Position numbers and translations under genes: made by a program. Shown piece by piece: positions 17,123 to 25,570 of a stretch of 33,668 bases of DNA. The stretch covers positions 1 through 33,668 of the forward strand of contig CAYIWV010000001.1 of assembly GCA_964367315.1 (NCBI GenBank), written 5' to 3'. How positions within the stretch are numbered: the stretch's first letter is position 1; every line of letters begins with the position of its first letter. The notes beneath the pieces are model-generated. The model made no database searches, was not told the DNA's origin, and saw nothing but the letters and a program-made list of their open reading frames with translations. Source of the stretch: an uncultured Candidatus Saccharibacteria bacterium. Its GTDB lineage: Bacteria > Patescibacteriota > Minisyncoccia > Phycocordibacterales > SBAW01.

Positions 17123-18592
17123 ATGGGGCTTTTTTCTTTTTTGCGATTTTTTTCTTTTGCGTCGCCCCGGCCGGCGCGCGCCGACCTGCCGCCCCTGCGC
17201 GTCTTTAACACGCTCTCCGGCACGACCGAGAAGTTCTCGCCGCAGGGCGGACGCGTCACCATGTACAACTGCGGTCCCACCGTCTACGACCGCCAGCATA
17301 TCGGCAACCTCCGGCCGTATGTGTTTGCCGATACGCTCCGCCGCACGCTCGAGGCATGGGGCCACGGCGTCATACAGGTTATCAACATTACCGACGTCGG
17401 CCACTTAACCTCGGATGCCGACGAGGGCGAGGACAAGGTGGAGGAGAGCGCCAAGCGCCGCGGGGTACGCGCGCAGGACGTCGCCACGGAGGTTACCGAC
17501 TGGTGGTTCGCCGACCTCGACCTGCTCGGGATAGACCGAAAAAAAATAGAGTTCCCCCGCGCGACGGAGTATATCGACGAGATTATCGCGTACGTAAAAT
17601 CGCTCGAGCAAAAGGGGTATGCCTACCGAACGGCAGACGGCGTATACTTCGACACCGCCAAATTCCCCGATTACGGCAAGTTGGGACACCTCGACCTTAT
17701 GGGCCAGCGCCCCGGCGCCCGCGTTGAGGAAAATTTAGAGAAGAAGAACCCCCACGACTTCGCGCTCTGGAAGTTAAGCAAGGAGGGCGCGGGGCGCGAG
17801 CAGGAGTGGCAATCCCCCTGGGGAGTCGGGTTCCCCGGTTGGCATATCGAGTGCACCGCCATGATCTTTAAGCTCCTCGGCAAGCAAATCGACATCCACA
17901 CCGGCGGCGTCGACCATATCCCCGTGCATCACAACAATGAAATAGCGCAGGCCGAGGTTTTGACCCATAAGCAGTACGTGCGCTACTGGATGCACAACGA
18001 GTTTATTACGATCGAGGGCAAGAAGGTCAGCAAGTCGCTCGGCAACACTATCTACCTGTACCAAATTACCGACCGCGGCTACTCGCCGCGGTCGCTGCGC
18101 TATTTATTTTTGACGGCACACTACCGCTCGCCGATGAACTTTACCTGGGCTGCGGTCGAGTCGGCCGACACGGCCTTAGGCAAGCTCAACCGGATGTATC
18201 TCGAGCTGCCGCCCTCGGGCCTGCCGCCGGAGGACTCCTTTGCCAAGGATTTTTATGCCGCGCTCGCGGACGACCTGGACACGCCGCTCGCCATAGCACG
18301 GCTCTGGGAGGCGTTGCGCGACCAGCGCCTCTCCCCCGCGGTTAAGCGCAGCTGCCTCGCACTCGCCGATGCGATGTTGGGCCTCGGGCTGAGCGAGCCG
18401 CGTAAAAAAATGAGGCTGGAGGTCATCCCGCTCTCGCAGTTGCCCGAGGAGATCATCGCATTGGTGGACGAACGCGAGCAGGCAAGGCTCGCCAAAGACT
18501 TTGGCGTGGCGGATGACCTCCGCGCAAAGGTAGAAAAGCTCGGGTATACGGTCAAAGACTCCCCCGACGGCCCTAAAGTCTCGAAAAAGTAG
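17123..18592 (+). CDS. cysS: cysteine--tRNA ligase (start codon uncertain)
   Basis: MYNCGPTVYDRQHIGNLR (HIGH region), KVSKSLGN (KMSKS) and WHIEC. Homology begins near LRVFNTL, so the true start may lie downstream of ATG 17123. Confidence 0.93.
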   Translation: MGLFSFLRFFSFASPRPARADLPPLRVFNTLSGTTEKFSPQGGRVTMYNCGPTVYDRQHIGNLRPYVFADTLRRTLEAWGHGVIQVINITDVGHLTSDADEGEDKVEESAKRRGVRAQDVATEVTDWWFADLDLLGIDRKKIEFPRATEYIDEIIAYVKSLEQKGYAYRTADGVYFDTAKFPDYGKLGHLDLMGQRPGARVEENLEKKNPHDFALWKLSKEGAGREQEWQSPWGVGFPGWHIECTAMIFKLLGKQIDIHTGGVDHIPVHHNNEIAQAEVLTHKQYVRYWMHNEFITIEGKKVSKSLGNTIYLYQITDRGYSPRSLRYLFLTAHYRSPMNFTWAAVESADTALGKLNRMYLELPPSGLPPEDSFAKDFYAALADDLDTPLAIARLWEALRDQRLSPAVKRSCLALADAMLGLGLSEPRKKMRLEVIPLSQLPEEIIALVDEREQARLAKDFGVADDLRAKVEKLGYTVKDSPDGPKVSKK

Positions 18593-18676
18593 TTTTTTCA
18601 CTATCCCCTGTTTGTCCACCCGATACCCCACACGGCACACATTTGCCCCATGACTAAAGAATAGTACTCTTAGGGC

Positions 18677-20053
18677 ATGGCCAAGGGCAAAAACGGTATG
18701 CGCATCCCGCCCCAGGCGCTCGAGACCGAGCGGGCCTTCCTCGGCGCCTTGATGATCCGCCCCGAGGCGATGGTTGAAAGTTCGGACATTATCGCCGAAG
18801 ACGCCTTCTACGCCGAGAAGCACCGCATCATTTACCGGGCGGCGCTGGCGCTCTACTCCAAATCCGAGCCCATCGACATCGAGTCGCTCCGCGCAAAACT
18901 CGCCGACCAGGGCCTTTTGGAGCAGATAGGCGGTGTCGACTACCTCGCCGAGCTTGCGGCCGACGTCCCTGCGGCCTCGAACGCCCGCCACTACGCCGGC
19001 CAAGTGCAAAAAAAACACATGCTCCGCTCCTTAATAGACGCGGGCGAATATGTAGCCGAGCTCGGGTTTGACGAGAGCGAGGATTTGGAAGAGACCTTGG
19101 ACAAGGCCGAAAAGAAGATATACGAAGTCACGTCGACCCCTACCCTCTCTAAGTTCACCTCGCTTAGCGATTCGCTCAAGGGCGCATGGGAGCGGCTCGA
19201 GCACCTGCACGAGCATAAGGACGAAATGCGCGGCATCCGCACGGGCTTTAAAGATTTGGACAACATGCTGGCGGGGCTGCAAAAATCCGACCTTATCATC
19301 CTTGCCGCCCGTCCGTCGGTGGGCAAGACGTCGCTTGCGCTCGACATTGCGCGGCAAACGGCGGTGCAGCACGGCACAGTGGTCGGGTTTTTTAGCCTCG
19401 AGATGGCCGCCCAGCAGCTTATCGACCGCATGGTCGCCGCCGAGGCCAAGGTCAACTCGTGGAGCTTGCGCACCGGCCACATCAACGACCAGGGCGACTG
19501 GGACCGCATCCGCGAGGCCTACGACAAGCTGGGGACAGCGCCGATATATATCAGCGACGAGCCGGCCAACAATATTTTAAAGATGCGCGCCACCGCCAGA
19601 CGACTTAAAAAAGAACATGGCTTGGGCCTCCTGGTGGTCGACTACCTCCAGCTTATGGCGCCTACCCAGTCGCGCGGCTCGGACTCTATGGTCCAGCAAG
19701 TGACCGAGATATCGCGCTCGCTTAAGCACCTCGCCCGCGAGATGGACGTGCCGGTTTTGGCGCTCTCCCAGCTTTCCCGCGCGGTCGAGCAGCGCGGCGG
19801 CAAGCCGCGCCTCTCCGACCTGCGCGACTCGGGCTCAATCGAGCAGGATGCCGACGTGGTGATATTCATCCACCGCGACGACAAGACCAACAAGGAGAGC
19901 GACCGCCCCAACATCGCCGAAATACTCATCGAAAAGCATCGCAACGGCCCCGTGGGCAAGATAGAGCTCTTCTTCGACGAGAAGCGCACCACCTTCCAGA
20001 CGCTGGAGAAGGCCGACATGGCGGCGTTCGACAGCACCGTCCCCGACTTTTGA
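18677..20053 (+). CDS. dnaB: replicative DNA helicase
   Basis: PPQALETERAFLGALM N-terminus, Walker A ARPSVGKTS, and LSQLSR / DSGSIEQDAD motifs. Confidence 0.95.
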   Translation: MAKGKNGMRIPPQALETERAFLGALMIRPEAMVESSDIIAEDAFYAEKHRIIYRAALALYSKSEPIDIESLRAKLADQGLLEQIGGVDYLAELAADVPAASNARHYAGQVQKKHMLRSLIDAGEYVAELGFDESEDLEETLDKAEKKIYEVTSTPTLSKFTSLSDSLKGAWERLEHLHEHKDEMRGIRTGFKDLDNMLAGLQKSDLIILAARPSVGKTSLALDIARQTAVQHGTVVGFFSLEMAAQQLIDRMVAAEAKVNSWSLRTGHINDQGDWDRIREAYDKLGTAPIYISDEPANNILKMRATARRLKKEHGLGLLVVDYLQLMAPTQSRGSDSMVQQVTEISRSLKHLAREMDVPVLALSQLSRAVEQRGGKPRLSDLRDSGSIEQDADVVIFIHRDDKTNKESDRPNIAEILIEKHRNGPVGKIELFFDEKRTTFQTLEKADMAAFDSTVPDF

Positions 20054-20164
20054 TATGCTTCGGCATAGCGAAGCAAAAAGTTCTCGAGAAAATAGTCTGG
20101 TGGATGTCCCCAGAGAGGGGCGGCCCGAGGACTTTTTCGAGAGAATCTTTTTGCGCAGCACTCT

Positions 20165-20764
20165 ATGAACCCGATTGAGAAACTCACGCAATTATTCGAG
20201 CGTTTCCCCGGTATCGGGCCGCGGCAGGCGCGGCGGTTTGTGCAGTACCTCTTGGTAAGCGGCCAGGGCTCGCGCAACGAGATCGCCGAGCTCATCAAGA
20301 ACATCGGCACGCAGACGAGCCAATGCAAAAAGTGCTACCGCTGGTTTTCGGCCCAAGGCCGATCCGCCTCGGGCGGAGTTTGTCCTATCTGTATCGAGCC
20401 CGGGCGCGACACGTCGCTGCTCTTTGTGGTCGAGAAGGATGCCGATATCGAGCCGGTCGAGCGTAGCGGCTTTAAGGGCCTCTACTTCGTGCTTGGGGGC
20501 ACTATCCCCTTAGCGACTGACGACACGCAAAAATATATCCGCGAGCGCGAGCTTCTAAAGCGCGTCGGCGAAAACAATTTAAAAGAGATAATCCTCGGGC
20601 TCTCGGCCACGACCGAGGGCGACCACACCCGCGAAATTTTGCAGGAAAAGCTCCGCGAGTCCGGCGTTGCCGTATCCTCGCTTGGCCGCGGGCTCTCGAC
20701 CGGGACTGAATTGGAGTACGCCGACCCGGATACGATATCGGAAGCTTTAGGCAACCGCCACTAA
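20165..20764 (+). CDS. recR: recombination protein RecR
   Basis: FPGIGPRQARR helix-hairpin-helix, a C4 zinc finger (CKKC...CPIC) and a Toprim segment. Confidence 0.95.
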   Translation: MNPIEKLTQLFERFPGIGPRQARRFVQYLLVSGQGSRNEIAELIKNIGTQTSQCKKCYRWFSAQGRSASGGVCPICIEPGRDTSLLFVVEKDADIEPVERSGFKGLYFVLGGTIPLATDDTQKYIRERELLKRVGENNLKEIILGLSATTEGDHTREILQEKLRESGVAVSSLGRGLSTGTELEYADPDTISEALGNRH

Positions 20765-20839
20765 ACAAACATCCAGACAGGTAGATCAAATCGTTCTCCA
20801 CTTGTTGTATCTTTCGAGCGAATAGGGGGTATTAAGAGA

Positions 20840-21151
20840 TTAGAGTGATTTGAGAGGACCAAGAGCTGACTGAGGTATATGTTTTGAGATAGAAAAGAAA
20901 ACATTGGTACTCCTCTGTTCCTTTTCAAGGATGCCTGCTCCTGCTAACAACGCCAAATGTTTTGAGGTCGCTTTTAAAGAAAGTTTTAGTTCCTCTGCAA
21001 TAGCAGTTACTGATGCATCTTTCCTCTTTTGTAAATATGCAACAATGGCAAGCCTGCGGCGATTGGCAAGTGATTTTAATACCCGTTCAGTCTCTTTATA
21101 CTTCTCTACACCCATGGCAGCATAATGTACTATTCGTTCGAATAAGTCCAT
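20840..21151 (-). CDS. ArsR/SmtB-family winged-HTH transcriptional regulator (start uncertain)
   Basis: LKSLANRRRLAIVAYL...SVTAIAEELKLSLKATSKHLALLAGAGIL is a typical ArsR HTH. I prefer ATG 21151 to the track's 21307. The segment is locally AT-rich. Confidence 0.7.
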   Translation of the reverse strand: MDLFERIVHYAAMGVEKYKETERVLKSLANRRRLAIVAYLQKRKDASVTAIAEELKLSLKATSKHLALLAGAGILEKEQRSTNVFFSISKHIPQSALGPLKSL

Positions 21152-21256
21152 AAAAGTTCGAACTCGACCACCTTCCCGTGGTACTAGACAAAAAATGTTC
21201 TGAGTGTTAAAAGTTAACCTGAGTTTGTTCCCACCACACGGACACGGAGATTCACC

Positions 21257-21556
21257 ATGTTCACTGTTGCTCTCTACACGACCCATGGTACACACGAGAA
21301 TTTTCATGATAGGCGCAACACCCTATCTAAACTTGCTGGACATGAACTAAGAGGCCTCACCCTCCCGAACCCCCAAAGTCCTCGTAGGACAACTTCTGAC
21401 CATTGCACTGCCTATCATCTAAAGGGCGGGGTCATAACGGTGTATAATCGCTCCAAATATATGTTCTGTATGGAGACCCCCGAAGCCCTTGACCCAATAT
21501 TGAAGGAACTCAAAATCGATATTGAAGAAGTACATTTCTTGAGACCTCTTCGTTAA
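21257..21556 (+). CDS. hypothetical protein, divergent from the ArsR-like gene (weak call)
   Basis: ATG preceded by GGAGA about 8 nt upstream, 99 codons, a terminator just downstream. No family recognised and the composition is unconvincing. Confidence 0.25.
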   Translation: MFTVALYTTHGTHENFHDRRNTLSKLAGHELRGLTLPNPQSPRRTTSDHCTAYHLKGGVITVYNRSKYMFCMETPEALDPILKELKIDIEEVHFLRPLR

Positions 21557-21571
21557 ACCGACGTGGAAATC

Positions 21572-21601
21572 AAAGGGCCGCCCCTTTCGGGACGGCCTTT
21601 T
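21572..21601. terminator. bidirectional intrinsic terminator downstream of rplU
   Basis: GGCCG.CCC-TTTC-GGG.CGGCC stem flanked by A and T runs. Confidence 0.6.
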
Positions 21602-21604
21602 CCT

Positions 21605-21928
21605 TTATGCGAGCTTCTTTATCTTGACCTCGAAAAACGGCTGGCGATGGCCGCGCTTTTTAAAATAGTTGGACTTTGCCTTGTACTTAATAACCACGAC
21701 CTTCTTGGCGCGGCCGATTTTGGTGACCTCGGCCGAGACCTGTGCGCCCTTAATAAACGGGTCGCCGATAGTGGTGTCTTGGCCGTTGTCGACCAGGAGC
21801 ACGTCGCTAAAGACGACCGAGTCCCCGACCTTGTGGTCGCCCTTAAGCTTCTCTATCTTGACGGTAGAGCCCTCCTCGACGAGGTACTGCTTGCCGCCGG
21901 TCTGGATTATCGCAAACTCTTTTGCCAT
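21605..21928 (-). CDS. rplU: 50S ribosomal protein L21
   Basis: FAIIQTGGKQY...KYKAKSNYFKKRGHRQPF matches L21. Confidence 0.93.
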   Translation of the reverse strand: MAKEFAIIQTGGKQYLVEEGSTVKIEKLKGDHKVGDSVVFSDVLLVDNGQDTTIGDPFIKGAQVSAEVTKIGRAKKVVVIKYKAKSNYFKKRGHRQPFFEVKIKKLA

Positions 21929-22010
21929 GTAAAAACGCCCTCTGGGCGTCCTCGTACTCTAGCCCAAAAACCCCGGGTATGCAAGAAGGGGCCTAAAAAG
22001 GCGGATTTTC

Positions 22011-23102
22011 CTAATCCTTGCCCTCGAGTACCGGGCGGTCGAGCGCCGCAATATCGATATTAATCTCGGTCGCGCTGTCGATGCGCAAGACATCCTTTTC
22101 TATCTTGCCGAGCTCTTTGGTGCCCGCGTTGTAGTGGTTGACGGTGGTACTAAGCGACGCACCAAGTTTTTTATAGTAATCCTGATAGGCGTTAATGTGC
22201 CGGCCCAGGGCCTCGACGTTTTTGGCGATGTCCTTGGCGGCCTCCTCGATCTTAAACGCCTTAAAGCCGTAGAGCACCGACTGCAGGTACGCGGCAAAGG
22301 TCGTCGGTGACACAATGATGACCTTTTTTTCGTTGTACGCGTAATCAATAAGGTTTCTTGTATTTACTTTGACTGACCCCACTTCATTAATTAAAAGGTC
22401 GTAATATATAGCCTCGGCCGGGATATACATAAAGACAAACGGCAGGGTGCCGTCTTTAGGCCGTACATACTTGGCGCACTCGTCGATGCGTAGCTTGAGG
22501 TCGTTTTTAAACAGCTTCTCCATCTCCTCGCGCTGGACATCGTCGACCGCGCCGACCACGCGGTTGTAGTTGTCGAGGCTAAACTTTGCGTCAACCGGTA
22601 TGACGCCCTCCTTGGTAAAGATGACGGCGTCGACCGTCTCTCCGCCGGGGAATCCGTATTGCATTTGGTAGGCAGTCGGCGGCAAAATGTTGCCTAAAAT
22701 AAGCTCGAGCGACGCCTCGCCCAGGTTGCCGCGCTGTTTTTGGTGCTTAAGAACCTTCTCTAAATTTTGCAGCTGCTCGGCGATGGTAAACACCTGCTTG
22801 GTCGACTCTTGGGTTGCCGACACGCCCTTAACTACCTCGATAAGCTGGTCTTGCACCTGCTTGGTAATGGCCGACATAAGCCGGGCCCCCTGCTCGGACT
22901 GCGTCGACATAAACTCCGACATGGTTTTAGTGCCCTCGCCGAGCTTGCTGTCCATCGCGCGGGTAAGCTCGGCAAGCTGGTTTTGCAACAGCATCATGCC
23001 TTGCGTGTCCTGCGGCGCGGCCTGCCCGCGCTTAAAAAGCAGGTACACGGTGGCGATATTCCCCACCACCAGGACAATAAGTAGAATTATGAGCCAATCC
23101 AT
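22011..23102 (-). CDS. rmuC: DNA recombination protein RmuC
   Basis: N-terminal TM helix, a coiled coil, and the GNLGEASLE...VDAVIF...IPVDAKF nuclease-like core. Confidence 0.88.
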   Translation of the reverse strand: MDWLIILLIVLVVGNIATVYLLFKRGQAAPQDTQGMMLLQNQLAELTRAMDSKLGEGTKTMSEFMSTQSEQGARLMSAITKQVQDQLIEVVKGVSATQESTKQVFTIAEQLQNLEKVLKHQKQRGNLGEASLELILGNILPPTAYQMQYGFPGGETVDAVIFTKEGVIPVDAKFSLDNYNRVVGAVDDVQREEMEKLFKNDLKLRIDECAKYVRPKDGTLPFVFMYIPAEAIYYDLLINEVGSVKVNTRNLIDYAYNEKKVIIVSPTTFAAYLQSVLYGFKAFKIEEAAKDIAKNVEALGRHINAYQDYYKKLGASLSTTVNHYNAGTKELGKIEKDVLRIDSATEINIDIAALDRPVLEGKD

Positions 23103-23104
23103 TG

Positions 23105-23110
23105 TAGTAT
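23105..23110 (+). promoter_or_regulatory. -10-like hexamer TAGTAT placed 6 nt upstream of the yqeY ATG; possible leaderless promoter
   Basis: TAGTAT-catgac-ATG read directly. Confidence 0.3.
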
Positions 23111-23116
23111 CATGAC

Positions 23117-23569
23117 ATGACCCAAGCAGAGCTCAAAGAGGCGATGAAAGACGCCATGCGCGCCAAGGATAGCGTTAGGTTAGGCGTTATCCGCGGGCTT
23201 ATATCGGCAGCAACCAACGAGGCCATTGCCAAGGGCAAGGGCCCAGACGGCACCTTAAGCGAGGAGGAGATACTGACCGTCATTACCCGCGCGGCAAAAC
23301 AGCGCAAGGACAGCATTGAACAGTTTATAAACGGCGGCCGCCCCGAGCTTGCCGAGGGAGAGAAGGCCGAGCTTGCGATACTGGAGACCATGCTCCCCGC
23401 CCAGATGTCCGAGGCCGAGATCGTTGCCGCCGCCAAGGCCAAAGCGGCCGAGCTTGGCGTTACCGACAAGACCAAGGCAAACCAGCTTATGGGCGCGCTT
23501 ATGAAGGACCTTAAGGGCCGCGCCGACGGCAATGCTGTTAAGGCGGTGGTTGACGCCCTCTTTGCCTAA
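23117..23569 (+). CDS. yqeY: GatB/YqeY domain-containing protein
   Basis: LKEAMKDAMRAKD...LSEEEILTVI...KQRKDSIEQF...LMGALMKDLKGRADG is typical of YqeY. Confidence 0.88.
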   Translation: MTQAELKEAMKDAMRAKDSVRLGVIRGLISAATNEAIAKGKGPDGTLSEEEILTVITRAAKQRKDSIEQFINGGRPELAEGEKAELAILETMLPAQMSEAEIVAAAKAKAAELGVTDKTKANQLMGALMKDLKGRADGNAVKAVVDALFA

Positions 23570-23618
23570 CCTCCCTTCTCCAAGGTGACACCTCGGATAG
23601 CCTGCCTGGCGTCTTCAT

Positions 23619-23647
23619 TTGACTTTTAGGCCAAATTGGAGTATAAT
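23619..23647 (+). promoter_or_regulatory. near-consensus sigma70-type promoter (TTGACT, 17-nt spacer, TATAAT)
   Basis: -35 at 23619-23624, -10 at 23642-23647, exactly 17 nt apart. It is 31 nt upstream of the ATG of the first orphan ORF, which has a GAGGAGG ribosome-binding site. Confidence 0.6.
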
Positions 23648-23678
23648 TGACACAGGATAGATTTTTGAGGAGGTCTCG

Positions 23679-23870
23679 ATGGCAATGGCCGAGAAAAAAT
23701 TCGATGCGGGCTTATCGAAGCTTCTCCCTGGGGAAGCCCCCCGGGCCACTAAGTTTGAGGCGGTCATCGCCCGCATCGAGGAGCAAATCGATCAGGGTCG
23801 TAAACGGCGCAGGTTTCTCACGACCAAAATGGTCGAGGGAACTAAAGCCGCCGAGGAGGAGGTGACATGA
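23679..23870 (+). CDS. hypothetical 63-aa helical, charged protein
   Basis: Strong GAGGAGG ribosome-binding site and a consensus promoter. ATGA overlap with the next ORF. Confidence 0.55.
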   Translation: MAMAEKKFDAGLSKLLPGEAPRATKFEAVIARIEEQIDQGRKRRRFLTTKMVEGTKAAEEEVT

Positions 23871-24187
23871 AATACCTCCCCTGCGATCAGATTGCGGCCG
23901 ACACGCTGGAGACTCAGCGCAAGGTTGCAAAAGAAAGCGGTGTCCCGCTCTCTTTGTCTGTTACGATTGTCGAGCGTATGGTAAGCGAGGTTGAAGAGAT
24001 CTATGCTGCAGGGACGCTCGACTTCGCGGAGACACTCGACGTCGTGTTATGGAAACAAGAATTCCGTCACGACGTCGAACGGACCGCTTACCACAAAGTG
24101 CTCGAGCTCGTCTTTAAGCGACGGGCAATCCACAAACAACAGGAGAACAGCCGGAGAGGAAGATATGCTCCGTTTACTCCTTTTTAA
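23867..24187 (+). CDS. hypothetical 106-aa protein (possible HTH segment QRKVAKESGVPLSLSVTIVERM)
   Basis: Translationally coupled to the preceding ORF. No family recognised. Confidence 0.5.
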   Translation: MKYLPCDQIAADTLETQRKVAKESGVPLSLSVTIVERMVSEVEEIYAAGTLDFAETLDVVLWKQEFRHDVERTAYHKVLELVFKRRAIHKQQENSRRGRYAPFTPF

Positions 24188-24740
24188 GCACGAACCGCCA
24201 CGGTTTGTGCACATACTCCCCCGCATTCGGTATACCGATGCGGGGTGTCCTTTTTATATGCCGTGGGTTAATGGTGACTCCCCTATCCTCGACCCACAGG
24301 CCCGCCGCCCTGCCGAGCATGCGGCCGTTTAACTTTTTGTCTATTTTTAAAAACTTGGTCAGCTTTGCCGGCCCATCTAACGCTACAACATCCTCACATA
24401 CTCCAGTATGTTGGGATGTCGTATTCTTGGCTAACCCGCGGATAAGTACTGCGGCGGGGTACTCCTCCCTCTCGGTCACGATGTTGAGCATCCAGTGCAT
24501 GCCGTAGGTAAAGTACACATACAGGGTGCCTGGCCTCGCATACATGGGGGCGTTGCCCGGCGTCTTGCCGCGCCGCGCCTTAGACGCCAGGTCGTTAAAC
24601 CCGTGGTACCCCTCCGTCTCGGTGATGAGTAACCTTGTTTCTTTTTTCCCAATTTTTCGGACCAGGTACTTCCCTATCAAATCCTTCGCCACCGCAAGTG
24701 TCGGGCGGTCAAAAAACGCGGGGCCTAAAACCTTTCGCAT
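24174..24740 (-). CDS. DNA-3-methyladenine glycosylase (Mpg/AAG family)
   Basis: FFDRPTLAVAKDLIGK...ITETEGY...A..PG.LYVYFTYGMHWMLN...VLIR motifs. Confidence 0.9.
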   Translation of the reverse strand: MRKVLGPAFFDRPTLAVAKDLIGKYLVRKIGKKETRLLITETEGYHGFNDLASKARRGKTPGNAPMYARPGTLYVYFTYGMHWMLNIVTEREEYPAAVLIRGLAKNTTSQHTGVCEDVVALDGPAKLTKFLKIDKKLNGRMLGRAAGLWVEDRGVTINPRHIKRTPRIGIPNAGEYVHKPWRFVLKKE

Positions 24741-24746
24741 GGACTC

Positions 24747-24752
24747 AATATA
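24747..24752 (-). promoter_or_regulatory. -10-like hexamer TATATT placed 6 nt upstream of the glycosylase ATG; possible leaderless promoter
   Basis: Minus strand reads TTGTTATATT-gagtcc-ATG. Confidence 0.35.
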
Positions 24753-24779
24753 ACAAAAAGCCCCGCGGATGCGGGGCCT
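24753..24779 (-). terminator. intrinsic terminator downstream of hisI
   Basis: GCCCCGC-ggat-GCGGGGC stem, followed on the minus strand by TTTTTGTT. Confidence 0.6.
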
Positions 24780-24796
24780 TCGCCATTGTGGACGTA

Positions 24797-25234
24797 TTAC
24801 CAGCGGAGATAGCCGGCCATGTCCTTAAAGTTTGCGTGCACGGGAACCTCGGTAAAGGCAAGCTCCTCGCCGACCCCTGCCTTTGGCGCAAGCAACAGCT
24901 GGCCTCCGACCGCGATAGTGCGGTAAAAGCAGCTGCGGGCATTGGTGTGGCAGGCGACCTTGTTGCCGAGCGGCTCGACCAGGTAAACAAGGGCGTCGCC
25001 GTCGCAGTCGATAAGCATGTCCACCACCCGCTGGACATTGTCGCTGGTCTCGCCTTTTTTCCATCGCGCCTTTTTGGAGGTCGAGTAGTAGACCGCCTCG
25101 CCGGTCTTAAGAGTCTCGTGCCAGCCCGCCTCGTCAACATAGGCGAGCATAAGCACGTCCCTGGTATTGGCATCTTGCGCGATAACCGGCAAAACGCCTC
25201 CTCGCTTCGCAAAATTAGGTTGTAACACTTTCAT
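24797..25234 (-). CDS. hisI: phosphoribosyl-AMP cyclohydrolase with a ~40-aa C-terminal extension
   Basis: LPVIAQDA...VLMLAYV...KKGETSDNVQ...DCDGDALVYLVEP...ACHTNARSCFY. ATG 25234 is preceded by a GGAGG ribosome-binding site. Confidence 0.85.
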   Translation of the reverse strand: MKVLQPNFAKRGGVLPVIAQDANTRDVLMLAYVDEAGWHETLKTGEAVYYSTSKKARWKKGETSDNVQRVVDMLIDCDGDALVYLVEPLGNKVACHTNARSCFYRTIAVGGQLLLAPKAGVGEELAFTEVPVHANFKDMAGYLRW

Positions 25235-25284
25235 AACCCGCCTCCATCGATTGCCCAAACTCTGGGCGACATAGTATGCCGAAG

Positions 25285-25313
25285 ATTGAAAAAAGACAAC
25301 TTTTTTGCTATAA
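25285..25313 (+). promoter_or_regulatory. sigma70-type promoter for tRNA-Glu (TTGAAA, 17-nt spacer, TATAAG)
   Basis: The -10 ends 10 nt before the tRNA 5' end. Confidence 0.5.
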
Positions 25314-25323
25314 GTACTCTCAC

Positions 25324-25395
25324 GGCCCTTTCGTCTAACGGTTAGGACAGTTCCCTCTCACGGAACAAATACGGGTTCGATTCCCGTAGGGGTCA
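25324..25395 (+). tRNA. tRNA-Glu (anticodon CUC)
   Basis: Manual cloverleaf: acceptor GGCCCTT/AGGGGTC, D-arm GTCT..GGAC, anticodon stem GTTCC/GGAAC with loop CT-CTC-AC, and T-arm ACGGG-TTCGATT-CCCGT. CCA is not encoded. Confidence 0.88.
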
Positions 25396-25402
25396 TGCAG
25401 GC

Positions 25403-25429
25403 AAAAGACCGGCTTACCGCCGGTTTTTT
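25403..25429 (+). terminator. intrinsic terminator after tRNA-Glu
   Basis: ACCGGC-ttacc-GCCGGT stem followed by TTTTT. Confidence 0.6.
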
Positions 25430-25555
25430 GCGTGCATAATTATCGACCGGGAATCGAACAAGGGAGGGGTCGGGAGGGAGGCTCAGCGTCCCTCCCGTGG
25501 AGGAAGCCTACGAAACCGAGAGGTTTCGTAAGAGCCGAAGGCTCAGGAGTGAGTG

Positions 25556-25570
25556 TTCCCGTAGGGGTCA
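25556..25570 (+). repeat. 15-bp direct repeat of the tRNA-Glu 3' end (TTCCCGTAGGGGTCA); att-like site
   Basis: Identical to 25381-25395. This copy is followed by CCA, unlike the gene itself. Confidence 0.7.

Noticed and set aside
20056-20076. Short hairpins (TATGC-TTCG-GCATA, or alternatively TGCTTCG...CGAAGCA) after dnaB as a terminator
   Set aside because: An A-run follows rather than a T-run, and the stem is short. I am not confident it terminates transcription.
20840-21307. Full 155-aa version of the ArsR-like ORF with a Cys-rich N-terminal extension
   Set aside because: ArsR homology begins about 25 residues after the internal Met at 21151. The extension has no ribosome-binding site and overlaps the candidate divergent ORF. 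It cannot be excluded, hence the reduced confidence on the start.
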